Origin: Gammaproteobacteria bacterium
Lineage (GTDB): Bacteria > Pseudomonadota > Gammaproteobacteria > Eutrophobiales > Eutrophobiaceae
Direction: 5' to 3'
Length of the DNA: 64,000 nt
Assembly: GCA_965116495.1 (NCBI GenBank)
Contig: OZ220696.1
Span: 2,368,001 to 2,432,000, forward strand
The notes under the pieces were generated by a model, which was not told where the DNA came from, ran no database searches, and saw nothing but the letters and a program-made list of their open reading frames with translations. Below, piece after piece: positions 50,125 through 60,871 of this stretch. The stretch's first letter is position 1. Every line of letters starts with the position of its first letter. Made by a program: the position numbers and the translations under genes.

Positions 50125-53100
50125 TCACTCAATCACTACCAGCAGGTCGCCGCTGTCAACCACGTGGTCGGGACTGACGACGATCCGTTTGACGATGCCG
50201 CTTTTCTCCGCGGGGATGGCCGACTGCATTTTCATTGCCTCCAGCACGACTACCGTATCACCTTGCCGGATACGTTCCCCCGCTGATACCTCGACCGCGA
50301 CGACCAGTCCGGGCATGGGCGCGGCCAGGTGATCGGGATTGGCGGGGTCTGCCTGTTCGTTCTGGTGGACCTCATAGCTCAGGTTATTGTCCCTGACGAT
50401 GACAGTCTGCGGCTGGCCGTTCAGTTCAAAAAATACCCGCCGCATTCCCTCTTCATCCGGTTCGGACGTGGCCAGGTAATGTACGATTGCCTGCCGGTTA
50501 TCCTCAAAGGATAAAACGGTTTCCTCCCCGCTTTCCAGTCCGTAGAAAAAGATATGGGTAGGCAGAATACTGACATCGCCGAATTTGCGTTCCATTTCCG
50601 CGTAGGCAAGAAAAACATTCGGGTACATCAGGTATGAAGCCAGGTCGAAATCGGATACTTCTTCCTTGAGCTGGCCTGAAAGGGTTTCCCGGGTATGTTC
50701 CAGGTCAATGGGTGACAGTGATTCGCCGGGGCGGCCCTGCAAGGGTGATTTGCCATTCAGGACCTTGGCCTGCAATGCCTGTGGGAATCCGCCGACAGGC
50801 TGCCCCATTTCCCCGTGAAAAAATTGAACCACTGATTCCGGGAAAGCGGTTTCCTTGTCGGGATCGAGTACGTCCTGTTTCGTCAATCCGGCCGTAACCA
50901 TCGCCAGGGCCATATCGCCGACCACCTTGGAGGTAGGGGTAACCTTGACGATGTCTCCGAACAACTCATTTACATCAGAATAGGCCTGGGCAATTTCGGA
51001 CCAACGTCTATCGATCCCCATAGCGCGCGCCTGTTCTCTCAGATTAGTATACTGGCCTCCGGGCATTTCATGGATGTAAACTTCCGAGGCGCCCGACCGG
51101 ATGCCGGGTTCAAAAGCGCAATACTGTTCTCTCACTTCTTCCCAATAGCCGCTGATAACCCGGATAGACTCCGTATCCAGCCCGGTTCCCCTATCCGTGT
51201 GTTCCAGGGATGCGACAATCGCGCCCATATTCGGTTGTGACGTGAGTCCGCTCATGCTGTCGATGGCGGCATCGACTATATCCGCGCCGGCTTCCACGGC
51301 AGCCAGCACGGTCGCTGCGGAAATACCGCTGGTATCATGGGTATGCAGATGCACCGGCAGGTCAATCTCCTGCTTTAATGCAGTAACCAGCAACCTTGCG
51401 GCACCCGGCTTGAGCAGGCCGGCCATGTCTTTTATACCCAGTATGTGCGCGCCCATATCCTGGTAGCGGCCGGCCAGGTCCAGGTAATAGTCCAGGTTGT
51501 ACTTTTGCTTTGTGGGGTTCTGGATATCACCGGTATAGCAGATTGCGGCCTCGATAATTTTTCCGGTTTCACCGACCGCATCGATGGCGACCTGCATGTT
51601 TTCCGGCCAGTTAAGGCTATCGAATATCCTGAATACATCAATGCCCGCATCGGCTGCCTGCTGAATAAAAAACCTGACCACGTTATCCGGATAATTTTTG
51701 TAGCCTACGGCATTCGACGCACGCAATAACATCTGTTGCATGATATTGGGCATGGCCGCGCTTAAATCGAACAGTCTCTGCCACGGGTCTTCATGCAGGA
51801 AGCGCAGCGCCACGTCGAACGTGGCCCCGCCCCAGGACTCGACGGAAAAAAGGCCGGACATGTTACGGGCATAACAGGGGGCTATCGCGATGAGGTCCCT
51901 GGCCCTGAGCCGGGTTGCCAGCAATGACTGGTGTGCATCGCGAAACGTGGTATCTGTGATGAGAGGCCGTTTTTGTTCTCCGATCCAGTTAACCAGGCCC
52001 CTGGCGCCGTACTCATCGAAAACAGCCTTGGCTCCGTTTGCCGGCAGTGCTCCAACGGCTACCGGTGGCGCGGGATCCCGTAAAGAGAGCGGGGCCGGCC
52101 TGTCCTTTACATCCTGGTTGCCGTTCACGATCACGTCGGCAATGAACCTCAGTAGCCGTTCAACCTGGCCCTGACCCCCGCTGGCCTCGAACAATTCCGC
52201 TGTCTCGTCGATGAAACGCGTGTTGTATTCACCGGATTGAAAGTCAGGGTGGGTCAAAAGCTGTAACAAGAACGGCAGGTTGGTTGCAACGCCGCGCACG
52301 CGGAATTCCATTAACGCCCGCCTCATCCGGTTGATGCTTTCATCACCGTCGCTGCCGCGCGCGGTGACCTTGACCAGCAGGCTGTCGTAGGCGCGCGAGA
52401 TCCAGGCCCCGGTATAGGCGGTGCCGCCGTCAAGCCGGATACCTGGCCCTGAAGGGCTCCGGTAGGCGATGATATTGCCGTAATCCGGGATAAAGTTGTT
52501 GTGCGGGTCCTCAGCGGTAACCCGGCATTGAATGGCGGTACCAGAGACGCGGATATCGGATTGCGACGGTACCAGGGAACCGGACTTGCCGATCTTTTCG
52601 CCTTCCGCGATCCTGATCTGCGCCTTCACGAGATCAATGCCCGTTATTTCTTCGGTGACCGTGTGCTCAACCTGGATCCTCGGGTTGACCTCGATGAAAT
52701 AGAAGGCCTTGTCGGTCTTGTTGTAGAGGAACTCGACGGTGGCGGCATTATTGAGTTTTGCCTTACGGGCCAGCTTGACCGCCGCCCGGCAGATTTCGGT
52801 ACGTACTTTTTGCGGCAGGTAAATGGCCGGGGCGCGCTCGATGACTTTTTGGTGGCGGCGCTGTAACGAACAGTCACGTTCATACAAATGCACGACATTA
52901 CCGTAATGATCGCCGAGGATTTGCACTTCGATATGCATCGCATCCTCAACCAGTTTTTCGAAAAATACTTCATCATTGCCGAAAGAGGTGTGCGCCTCCT
53001 GGCGCGCACGCTTCACCGTGTCGTGCATTCCCCCGGAATCCCTGATAACCCTCATGCCGCGACCGCCGCCGCCCCAACTGGCCTTCAGCATCAGGGGGAA

Positions 53101-53577
53101 CCCGATTGCCCTGGCAATATGTTCCGTTTCCTGCTCGTCCTCGGGCAGCGGACCCGACGCCGGCATCACCGCAATACCGGCCTTGACGGCCAGCTCCCGC
53201 GCCTTGACCTTGTTGCCCAGGTCCCGCAGCACTCCTGCCTCCGGGCCGATAAAACTGATGCCGTGCTGTTCACACAGTTCGGCGAAATCAGCATTCTCGG
53301 ATAAGAAGCCATAACCCGGATGAAGCGCGTCACACTCGGATTCCACGGCGGTGCGCACTATATCCGCACCGTTCAGGTATGCCTCGACAGGACCCGAGCC
53401 TATGCCTACCTGGTAAGACTGGTCCGGCTTGAACCGGTGCAGGGCAAGACGATCTTCCTCTGAGAAGATACCCACCGTACCGATACCCAGTTCTTTCGCT
53501 GCGCGTATGACCCGAATGGCGATCTCGCCGCGGTTGGCGATGAGTATCCGATTGAAATTGTGTTTTGTTTTCAGCAA
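50125..53577 (-). CDS. pyc: Pyruvate carboxylase (single-chain)
   Basis: ANRGEIAIR, RDAHQSLLATR, HTHDTSG, biotinyl EAMKM. Confidence 0.96.
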   Translation of the reverse strand: MLKTKHNFNRILIANRGEIAIRVIRAAKELGIGTVGIFSEEDRLALHRFKPDQSYQVGIGSGPVEAYLNGADIVRTAVESECDALHPGYGFLSENADFAELCEQHGISFIGPEAGVLRDLGNKVKARELAVKAGIAVMPASGPLPEDEQETEHIARAIGFPLMLKASWGGGGRGMRVIRDSGGMHDTVKRARQEAHTSFGNDEVFFEKLVEDAMHIEVQILGDHYGNVVHLYERDCSLQRRHQKVIERAPAIYLPQKVRTEICRAAVKLARKAKLNNAATVEFLYNKTDKAFYFIEVNPRIQVEHTVTEEITGIDLVKAQIRIAEGEKIGKSGSLVPSQSDIRVSGTAIQCRVTAEDPHNNFIPDYGNIIAYRSPSGPGIRLDGGTAYTGAWISRAYDSLLVKVTARGSDGDESINRMRRALMEFRVRGVATNLPFLLQLLTHPDFQSGEYNTRFIDETAELFEASGGQGQVERLLRFIADVIVNGNQDVKDRPAPLSLRDPAPPVAVGALPANGAKAVFDEYGARGLVNWIGEQKRPLITDTTFRDAHQSLLATRLRARDLIAIAPCYARNMSGLFSVESWGGATFDVALRFLHEDPWQRLFDLSAAMPNIMQQMLLRASNAVGYKNYPDNVVRFFIQQAADAGIDVFRIFDSLNWPENMQVAIDAVGETGKIIEAAICYTGDIQNPTKQKYNLDYYLDLAGRYQDMGAHILGIKDMAGLLKPGAARLLVTALKQEIDLPVHLHTHDTSGISAATVLAAVEAGADIVDAAIDSMSGLTSQPNMGAIVASLEHTDRGTGLDTESIRVISGYWEEVREQYCAFEPGIRSGASEVYIHEMPGGQYTNLREQARAMGIDRRWSEIAQAYSDVNELFGDIVKVTPTSKVVGDMALAMVTAGLTKQDVLDPDKETAFPESVVQFFHGEMGQPVGGFPQALQAKVLNGKSPLQGRPGESLSPIDLEHTRETLSGQLKEEVSDFDLASYLMYPNVFLAYAEMERKFGDVSILPTHIFFYGLESGEETVLSFEDNRQAIVHYLATSEPDEEGMRRVFFELNGQPQTVIVRDNNLSYEVHQNEQADPANPDHLAAPMPGLVVAVEVSAGERIRQGDTVVVLEAMKMQSAIPAEKSGIVKRIVVSPDHVVDSGDLLVVIE

Positions 53578-53728
53578 AAACAGAGTGTCTCTGGGTGCTT
53601 ACCGGTACAAATATATTATCCTAATATAAGCTCTCAGTCGCTTCCGATTTCAGGTTCGGTACGAGAGCCAGCTGCGCGCTAATTGTATCCCAGGCAGAGC
53701 CCGGTTCTTCCTGAACAAGGCCAACCAT

Positions 53729-53877
53729 CTCCCAACTTCGACGGTTTATTCCGCTAAGTAGTTGATTTTATTGAAGGCGAGTTTGCCCGTAGGCACTACA
53801 ACGGCCCGTCTGGACACCCGCGTTGATTTATATGGAGTTTTCAGCCCGTCAGGACGCTAAACCGTCGAAGTCGGGAG
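53729..53877. mobile_element. MITE-like or internally deleted IS remnant (149 bp)
   Basis: 20-bp IRs CTCCCAACTTCGACGGTTTA / TAAACCGTCGAAGTCGGGAG (one mismatch); no TSD seen. Confidence 0.65.
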
Positions 53878-53999
53878 CTTCCTGACTTGGTTCTGGCTTG
53901 GCCAGGTTAGGACGGAAGAATAATATGCCTCATTTTATCCTGGAATATTCGGCCAATCTTGATGATGACCTGGACCTGGCCTAAGCCGCCTGGAGCCTG

Positions 54000-54300
54000 C
54001 CTCCGTGCAGGCGGCCTGTTCCAACCGCTGATGCTACGGGCCGCGCTATCGAAACTGCAAATCGTGGGAACCCTGGCCGCGGGCCTGCTGTTTATGAACA
54101 TACTCAAACTCAGCGCCTATTCCTGGTACGGCTTCGATTACAGCCCCTATTACAGCGTCATCCTGGCCGCCATCCCCGGCGCCTTCCTGGGAAAGAAACT
54201 GCTGCACCACATCCCCGAAGACCGCTTCAGGCTGATCTTCAGACTCATCATGAACTGCTTCGCCCTGAGACTCTTGCACTGGGCCTGGGTGTTGTTTTGA
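54000..54300 (+). pseudogene. Sulfite exporter TauE/SafE (TSUP) C-terminal fragment
   Basis: IVGTLAA...KLSAY...GAFLGKKLLHHIPEDRFR; N-terminal half missing. Left boundary approximate. Confidence 0.6.
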
Positions 54301-54316
54301 TGAATCTGCCATCCTG

Positions 54317-54604
54317 TCATTCAAAGTCATCAGGCCATTTTCTGGCTGAATGATAGACGCGCAGGATTTCCAATGCGTTTTTCTTAACTTGGTAAGGGAC
54401 AATGAAAGGAGCGCCCGAAAGCACCAGTCCCCGAGTTCCGGGAACCCTGCCAACTCTCCCAAGATTGGGATGTTCGCTGAGGTGATGAATTTCGCTGTAT
54501 ATCACATCCAGTGTTTTATCGGCGGCCAGTGGATTATCCGCAAGGATGTAATCGAAGATTTCAATTAAATCCTGTTCTGCCTCAGGCGATATCCTTATCT
54601 TCAT
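54317..54604 (-). CDS. RelE/ParE family toxin
   Basis: MKIRISPEAEQDL..I.DYI..DNP, GRVGRVPGTR, ILRVYHSARKWP. Confidence 0.9.
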   Translation of the reverse strand: MKIRISPEAEQDLIEIFDYILADNPLAADKTLDVIYSEIHHLSEHPNLGRVGRVPGTRGLVLSGAPFIVPYQVKKNALEILRVYHSARKWPDDFE

Positions 54605-54614
54605 TTGCTCCTGA

Positions 54615-54857
54615 CTATTGCTTGTGTCGGATTTTGGCTCGCAGCTCCTCGACGACTGCCTCAAAATCTTTGCCGGTGCCTCTTGCAAGTGTTAATTGCG
54701 CCTGCTCAATACCTAGCCTGTGTTGATCAGTTTGCTCTGAAATATACTGCTTTAATGCAACTTCAATTACCTGATCCCTTGGTTTATTCATCACCTTTGC
54801 AAGCCGATCCAACCCGGTCGAAACCTCATCGGTCGTATGGATGTTGATAGTTGACAC
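54615..54857 (-). CDS. CopG/RHH antitoxin
   Basis: LDRLAKVMNKPRDQVIEVALKQYI; directly upstream of the toxin. Confidence 0.8.
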   Translation of the reverse strand: MSTINIHTTDEVSTGLDRLAKVMNKPRDQVIEVALKQYISEQTDQHRLGIEQAQLTLARGTGKDFEAVVEELRAKIRHKQ

Positions 54858-55076
54858 CTTTCATTCTTCTAATTGATTGCAGTGCAATTATCTCCCTCCT
54901 ATGTCAGAGCTGTCAAGAGGATAATCGGGGTTGATTGATACACTCCTTGCATGTCCGGTTAAGGGCTGGTTCGTACCGATAGAATCTACTGGCACGGGTA
55001 GTGTCGTATTTTGAAAATACACGATATAAAATGCCTATTATGCTATCATTAATACTTCTCTGATTGAGGATGATAC

Positions 55077-55322
55077 ATGCAATTATCGTTAACCAACCTG
55101 CGCTCGGGCACCCATGAGCTACGACAGGCTATTGAACGCGGAGAAGTAGTTGAACTGACCTTTCACGGCAAAGTCATCGGGCAGGTCAATCCTGCCAGAA
55201 TGGAGAATTATAAAATTGATGAGCGAATCGTAAATGCCTATTTCAACCGAAGGGAGGGGGATGACCCTTATGCCGCAATAGAGCAACTCAAACAGGCAAG
55301 AAGAAGACGTGGTACCAAATGA
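55077..55322 (+). CDS. Phd/YefM family antitoxin
   Basis: LSLTNLR...GEVVELTFHGKVIG; overlaps vapC. Confidence 0.8.
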   Translation: MQLSLTNLRSGTHELRQAIERGEVVELTFHGKVIGQVNPARMENYKIDERIVNAYFNRREGDDPYAAIEQLKQARRRRGTK

Positions 55323-55702
55323 TATTTGATACGGACATCTTCATTTTTGCGGAAAGAGGTGACAAAAAAGCGCAGGAAGCTATTCTTGGCGAGAAGGATA
55401 TAAGAATATCAGTGGTTTCTCGTATGGAACTTGTGCAGGGCTGCCGGAATAAAAAAGAACTCGCTGACCTAGAGAATTTTTTACAGACGATAAAATGCCG
55501 CATTATTCACTGTTCCAATGAAATCAGTATCACTGCCGACGTTTTAATCCGGCAATATGCGCTCAGTAATAACCTCAGCCTGGGCGATGCGTTTATTGCA
55601 GCAACAGCGCTTCATCATCAGGAGACCTTGCATACGGCCAATTACAAGGATTTCCGTTTTATTGACGGACTGACCGTTAAGCGTTTCAGACCGTCATTGT
55701 AG
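55319..55702 (+). CDS. vapC: VapC PIN-domain toxin
   Basis: MIFDTDIFI, MELVQG, DAFIAATAL, TANYKDF. Confidence 0.92.
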   Translation: MIFDTDIFIFAERGDKKAQEAILGEKDIRISVVSRMELVQGCRNKKELADLENFLQTIKCRIIHCSNEISITADVLIRQYALSNNLSLGDAFIAATALHHQETLHTANYKDFRFIDGLTVKRFRPSL

Positions 55703-55744
55703 TCGGGGTAGCATTTAAACCGATGTGGATATTACGAAAAGCAA

Positions 55745-56569
55745 CTACGGCAGCTTGCCCGAGGGATTGGTACGGTCCGTGGTGAACGCCTCCTGCCACT
55801 CGCCCAGTTTTTCCTCGAAATCTTCCCACTCGCTCAGTTCGGTCTTGTTCCTGTACATGGCGAACGGGCGCAGGCTGTCAAAATAAAACTGCACCTGCTC
55901 ATCGGTCCTGAACTTTTCCGCTTCGTAGCGGTTCCAGTGAACCACCTGCCGCAGGGGCCGGCGGTACCTTGAGGAGACGTCTTTCGCAGGAAAGCCTATG
56001 GGGATGGTGCCGTAGGCCCTGAGAAACGGGGGGTATCCAAGCAGTTCGCTCAACTCCTCGTTGGTCTGCTGCTCGCCGCCGCCGGACAGCCAGGCCGAGG
56101 TCAGGCCGTTGGCTGTGATCGCCAGTTGTATGTTCTGGATTGCAGCGCCGATGGAACAATAAAAGATATTTTCGTTATTCTGTTGGTAATCTGCTTCACT
56201 TTCCGGGGTCACGCCGTGGGGAAAATTGATATTCCAGCGCCGGTCCCCCAGTACGATGAAAATGGCTACCGTGTTATTCAGGTAACTCTTGTAAACGGAA
56301 GGGAACCCTTTTGCGTATTTCTTCAGGCGGTCGGCCTGCCGCAGGAACACCTCCACCACCCGGTCCCGCATGTCCGGGTCTTCCACGACAATGAAGTCCC
56401 AGGGTTGCACGTTGGCGCCGCTCGGCGCCCAGCGCCCGGCCTCGGCAATACGTTCCAGCACCTCGCGGGAGATGGATCGTCCCTTCTCGAAGCGGCGCAC
56501 GCTACGCCGCTTGCGGATTATATCGATGAACGAATCGTAGTCGGGATTGTTCAGCTTTACGTTAGCCAC
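55745..56569 (-). CDS. Nitroreductase family protein
   Basis: RRSVRRF, APSGANVQPWDFIVV, AAIQNIQLA; GTG start overlapping the receptor stop (start inferred). Confidence 0.88.
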   Translation of the reverse strand: MANVKLNNPDYDSFIDIIRKRRSVRRFEKGRSISREVLERIAEAGRWAPSGANVQPWDFIVVEDPDMRDRVVEVFLRQADRLKKYAKGFPSVYKSYLNNTVAIFIVLGDRRWNINFPHGVTPESEADYQQNNENIFYCSIGAAIQNIQLAITANGLTSAWLSGGGEQQTNEELSELLGYPPFLRAYGTIPIGFPAKDVSSRYRRPLRQVVHWNRYEAEKFRTDEQVQFYFDSLRPFAMYRNKTELSEWEDFEEKLGEWQEAFTTDRTNPSGKLP

Positions 56570-58844
56570 CCCAGTTATATCGAACGGTTCCGCCAAACCA
56601 GCGCGGCGGGTTGGGCACATCGATGAGTGTCCCCACGAAAGTGCTCAGATCGAATACGGTTGCCACGTAATCTTCATTGGTGAAATTCTTCAGCCACAAA
56701 CCGAGTTCCCACCTGCCGTCGCTGGTGGTGTAGTCAACCCTGGCGTTTGCTACGATATAAGAACCATCAAACAGGGCGGGATGGTCAATACCGTTCAGGG
56801 CCCGCCGGTCAACATAGTTGAAATCAACCTGGGCAGCCATCGAGCCTCCGAGCATGGGCCATGCATAGCGGCCCAGACCGTTAAACGTCACATCAGGCGC
56901 ATTCGGCATGGGCATGTCCCGGGTAGCTCCGGCAAATGTGATGTCTTTTTGTTTGGCATCCTGCAGGGAGAGGCCAAGAAGGAGTTCCAGGCCGTCGAAC
57001 GGATTGGCAATCAGCTCGATTTCAGCTCCCGTGTTCTCGGCGTCAGTATTAAATACTATCAGGTTAATCCCCTGCGCAGAAAAATTCTGGAAGCCTTGAT
57101 AGTCATAATGAAACACGCTTGCATTGAAGCGCGCCCTGCCATTAAACAGGCTGGCTTTAACTCCACCTTCATAACTCTTCAACACCTCACCGTCGAATTC
57201 GAATAAGGTATCTGCATCAAACAGGAACGTCGCCCCGGCGTTGAAGCCACCCGCTTTATTGCCGCGACTGTATTTTGCATATACCAGCAAATCGTCAGTG
57301 GGCGTCCAATCCAGTTCAAACACTCCCGACCATTCTCCCTCACTGCGCTTTCTGGCAAGAGGTGGGCCGAGCTGCGCCAAGCCCCCGAAAAAGAAGTCAC
57401 AGGGGTCGGCAGGCAAGCCGAATGCTTCACCCGGTCCTGCATTGTGACAGAGCGGTATTGCAGCAATATCTTTTTTGTCCTCCGTCCAGCGGAACCCGCC
57501 TATGACTGTAAACTGATCGGTTAACGCATACTCAGCCTGCAGGAAGAACGCATAGCTTTCCGTTTCAAGTTCGATGTGATTGTCGAAATCAACCAGGCAA
57601 CAGTTCACCAGATCCGTATAAACTCCAATGTCATTGTCAATATTCAGGTAATAGGCGCCGGCCACCCATTTCAACTGATCTGTTTCACCGTGTATTTGTA
57701 GTTCCTGGGAAATCTGATTGCTATCCACATCCTGGTAATATGTAAACAACGGGGCCGGTGTGCTATCCGTATCTTCCAGGTATTGCTTCTCAAAATCCTG
57801 CCAGTTGGTAATGGACACGATTTTCAATCCGTCACTTATGGCCCATTCGATCTTGCCTGTTATTCCATAGTGATCACGTTTAAAAAATCCCGGTTCATCC
57901 AGGGCGACCTTGTTGTCACCGTCGTCCGGTTCGGTAAATCCGAAACAGTCGGTTGCTCCGGGCGCCAATGGGAACGGCGGTCCCAACCAGGCTGCGCAAA
58001 AGGCATCCTGCTGCGCAGTCGTCCCTATCTTGGTCAAACCATCGCCGACAAGTCCGGGTATCGCGCCTGGGGCGAAATCGTTCAATCCGGATCGAACATG
58101 ATATCCCTGGCCGTAAGCGTCGTCGCGGCTGTAGGTTCCGGTTATGTGTATGGACAAATCATCACTGGGTTCAAAAAGTAATTGGGCGCGGCCACTGAAA
58201 TTATCGACGTCGTTTACATCCGGGCCGATCCGGTTTTCCTGGTACCCGTCGGTATTTTCATAAGCAAGGGATAAACGGCCTGACAAGCTGTCCCCGAGAG
58301 GTCCGCTTGCAGCGCCTTCGGCGCGTATCTGGCCGAATTCCCCACCTGTCAGTTCAAGATATCCTTCGTTCTCACGGGTCGGTTTGTTGGAGATTACATG
58401 CACCAGCCCGCCTGTTGCGTTACGTCCGAACAGGGTGCCCTGTGGGCCGCGTAGAACCTCGATGCGGTCGATGTCAAAAAAGCTGAACGCGACACCACCC
58501 ATATAACTGTTGTAAATTCCGTCCGAATAAACGGCGACCGGAGGTTCCTGGTGGTCGGCAAAGTCCAACTGGGCCGACCCGCGGATGGTGAACTGGGTAG
58601 TCGTACCGCTGCCGAAGTCCGTCACCAAAAGGCCGGGGACCATATCATCCAGTTGCAGTGTCGAGGTAATGCCCAGCTGTTTAAGCTGTTTGCCGGAGTA
58701 AGCGGTGATGGAAATACCGACATCCTGCAAGCTTTGTTCGCGTTTCTGCGCGGTGACAACTACTTCCTCCAGGACCTGTGCAAACGGATGCGCGGTAAAC
58801 AGCAAAACGGTTACAAACACTGCAACACGACTGGTAATTTTCAT
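56562..58844 (-). CDS. TonB-dependent receptor
   Basis: LEEVVVTAQKREQSLQDV, RIEVLRGPQGTLFGRNATGG, C-terminal RYNW. Confidence 0.93.
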   Translation of the reverse strand: MKITSRVAVFVTVLLFTAHPFAQVLEEVVVTAQKREQSLQDVGISITAYSGKQLKQLGITSTLQLDDMVPGLLVTDFGSGTTTQFTIRGSAQLDFADHQEPPVAVYSDGIYNSYMGGVAFSFFDIDRIEVLRGPQGTLFGRNATGGLVHVISNKPTRENEGYLELTGGEFGQIRAEGAASGPLGDSLSGRLSLAYENTDGYQENRIGPDVNDVDNFSGRAQLLFEPSDDLSIHITGTYSRDDAYGQGYHVRSGLNDFAPGAIPGLVGDGLTKIGTTAQQDAFCAAWLGPPFPLAPGATDCFGFTEPDDGDNKVALDEPGFFKRDHYGITGKIEWAISDGLKIVSITNWQDFEKQYLEDTDSTPAPLFTYYQDVDSNQISQELQIHGETDQLKWVAGAYYLNIDNDIGVYTDLVNCCLVDFDNHIELETESYAFFLQAEYALTDQFTVIGGFRWTEDKKDIAAIPLCHNAGPGEAFGLPADPCDFFFGGLAQLGPPLARKRSEGEWSGVFELDWTPTDDLLVYAKYSRGNKAGGFNAGATFLFDADTLFEFDGEVLKSYEGGVKASLFNGRARFNASVFHYDYQGFQNFSAQGINLIVFNTDAENTGAEIELIANPFDGLELLLGLSLQDAKQKDITFAGATRDMPMPNAPDVTFNGLGRYAWPMLGGSMAAQVDFNYVDRRALNGIDHPALFDGSYIVANARVDYTTSDGRWELGLWLKNFTNEDYVATVFDLSTFVGTLIDVPNPPRWFGGTVRYNWGG

Positions 58845-58893
58845 TTCGTCTCCCCTTTTTTTAACCAATTTCGTTTGGGCATTATAGTCACAA

Positions 58894-59496
58894 CTATTCC
58901 GGATTAGCAAAACCCACGCGCATTGCAATCCGGGTACACTTCTTGTTATTGCAGTCTGTTACATCATCGGCGCACGCGCTTACCGCCACCAAGCAGTCTG
59001 TTTCCGCCCTTAATTCGATGTGGTCGCCTTTTCTGGATGGCGCTGCTGCAACAAATAGTTCACCATCTTCCCGCACCCCGGTATTCATGAATATATTGAA
59101 GGGATCAGGCAGGTTATCTGCAGATATTCCAAACGGCTCTATGGCCGCAGACAGGTTCTCGAAACAGCCGTTGCGCGGACCGACGCCCAGTAAGTGTTCA
59201 TAAATATAAGAATGGCAGGGGCAGAAAACAATATCATGGACGCCGACGCTATCCGCCACGATTGTAAACATGACGTTATCGCGATTTGATATGAGTTGGG
59301 AGCCGACCGTGAGCTGTGTGCTCCAGTTGCGCACCCGGGTTTTGGCCTGGGAGAATTTTTCCGCATAATCGGTAAGTGAGAAGCAGACGAAATCGGCAAC
59401 CTGCCCGCCGTCCAGGTCTTCCACACGCAGAACCTGTCCCCGTTTTACCTGAACCGCCTTACCGGACTTGGGTTCGATAACGATTTTATTATTCAT
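58894..59496 (-). CDS. Urea carboxylase-associated (DUF1989) family protein
   Basis: GGQVADF, HDIVFCPC, GCFENL, PDPFNIFMN, VAVSAC. Confidence 0.88.
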   Translation of the reverse strand: MNNKIVIEPKSGKAVQVKRGQVLRVEDLDGGQVADFVCFSLTDYAEKFSQAKTRVRNWSTQLTVGSQLISNRDNVMFTIVADSVGVHDIVFCPCHSYIYEHLLGVGPRNGCFENLSAAIEPFGISADNLPDPFNIFMNTGVREDGELFVAAAPSRKGDHIELRAETDCLVAVSACADDVTDCNNKKCTRIAMRVGFANPE

Positions 59497-59629
59497 TCTG
59501 CCCTCCACATATATATCGCATTCTGAGTGATCATTGTACTGTTTGCCAAAAGTTCCTGACATACTCATATAGGGTTACATCCATGGGCCTGCCTTAATGA
59601 TATTATCGGGAATTATATACTTAATTGTA

Positions 59630-60832
59630 CTAGGCCGCCAGTTTAGCAACCAGGTATTCCTGCCCCCGGTCTCCCTTCACGGAATTGCAGTACCCGCAAA
59701 GTAACTGCAAGTTGTAGAGGTGATCAGTTCCGCCCTTGCTTCGTGGGATGATATGGTCAACTGTAAAATTCTGCATCAGGAAATGCTCCTTACAGCCGTT
59801 ACAGTGGCCGCCCTGTTCGCCGTAAAGCGCCTTTTTGTTATCAGCGTGGTTGTACTTCTTCAGTGGCGCAATGTCGGTGCGCTGGGGGATGTCGGTGCGG
59901 ACGATGCCCTGGTAGAACATGCCCAGTTCCTTGTCCATGCGCAACTTGACCAATTCGGCGGCCTTCGGGGATATGTCAATACCGGCCCACTCCCTGCCCT
60001 CTATCTCCGCCGCTATGCAGGCTGTGGCACAGCCACAGAAGGGGTCAAGGATAATTCCGTCTTCTGGACAGGAAGCTTTTATGACGCGTTGTAACAGCTT
60101 TAATGGTTTTTGAGTGGGGTAGCCTACGCGTTCTGTGGCGTTTGCATTAAGATAGGATATTTCCCACACATCGCGCATGGCTTTCATTCCGCTATTATCA
60201 ACATATTCTTGCTGGAGTGCGCCGTCTTCCGCAATGTGACTCGCTCTGTTTTTGCCCTTATGTCGATGCTGTCCTTTCGGGCTATGGGGTTCAAGCAGCT
60301 GCTTAAATACAGCATCGGTTGAGCGCGCATACATCAACAAAACATCGTGCATTCTTTGAAAGTGCTTGGTTGCCCCTGTCCATCTCTGATAACTCCATAT
60401 AATTTCATTCCTGAACATCTTACGCCCAAACACCGCATCCATAACCAGCTTGAGATAGTGCGACATGGTAGGATCACAGTGCAGGTAAATACTGCCTGTG
60501 TCCTTCAATATCCGTTTCATTTCAAGCAGCCTTGCGGCCATGTAAATGAGATAGGACTTGTCGCTTTTCGTCATGGCGGCATGGATAACCTTGTTCAGGG
60601 TCGGGTGCTTGGCTTCTATCAGGTCAAGCCACGCGATATCCAGATCGTCCAAGTTCCAGGTGTCTTTGAACTCTGCGCCGGCGGCCTGGGAGCCGATAGG
60701 CGCGGCATAGTTGGTTTTGGAATTAAATGGCGGGTCTAGGTAAATCAGATCAACGCTGTGATCGTTCATGCCCCGCAGGACAGGGAGATTGTCGGCAGTC
60801 CAGATGGTCTGGTTTGCCCAGTTAGCGGACAC
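59630..60832 (-). CDS. Beta-class N6/N4 DNA methyltransferase fused to a C-terminal HNH endonuclease
   Basis: DLIYLDPPFN, YPTQKP, DPFCGCAT; CNGC...DHIIPRSKGG...NLQLLCGYCNSVKG; stop lies in the left IR. Confidence 0.9.
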   Translation of the reverse strand: MSANWANQTIWTADNLPVLRGMNDHSVDLIYLDPPFNSKTNYAAPIGSQAAGAEFKDTWNLDDLDIAWLDLIEAKHPTLNKVIHAAMTKSDKSYLIYMAARLLEMKRILKDTGSIYLHCDPTMSHYLKLVMDAVFGRKMFRNEIIWSYQRWTGATKHFQRMHDVLLMYARSTDAVFKQLLEPHSPKGQHRHKGKNRASHIAEDGALQQEYVDNSGMKAMRDVWEISYLNANATERVGYPTQKPLKLLQRVIKASCPEDGIILDPFCGCATACIAAEIEGREWAGIDISPKAAELVKLRMDKELGMFYQGIVRTDIPQRTDIAPLKKYNHADNKKALYGEQGGHCNGCKEHFLMQNFTVDHIIPRSKGGTDHLYNLQLLCGYCNSVKGDRGQEYLVAKLAA

Positions 60833-60871
60833 GATAATGTCCGCTTTAAGGTCGGGCTGTAGGGTCGACTC

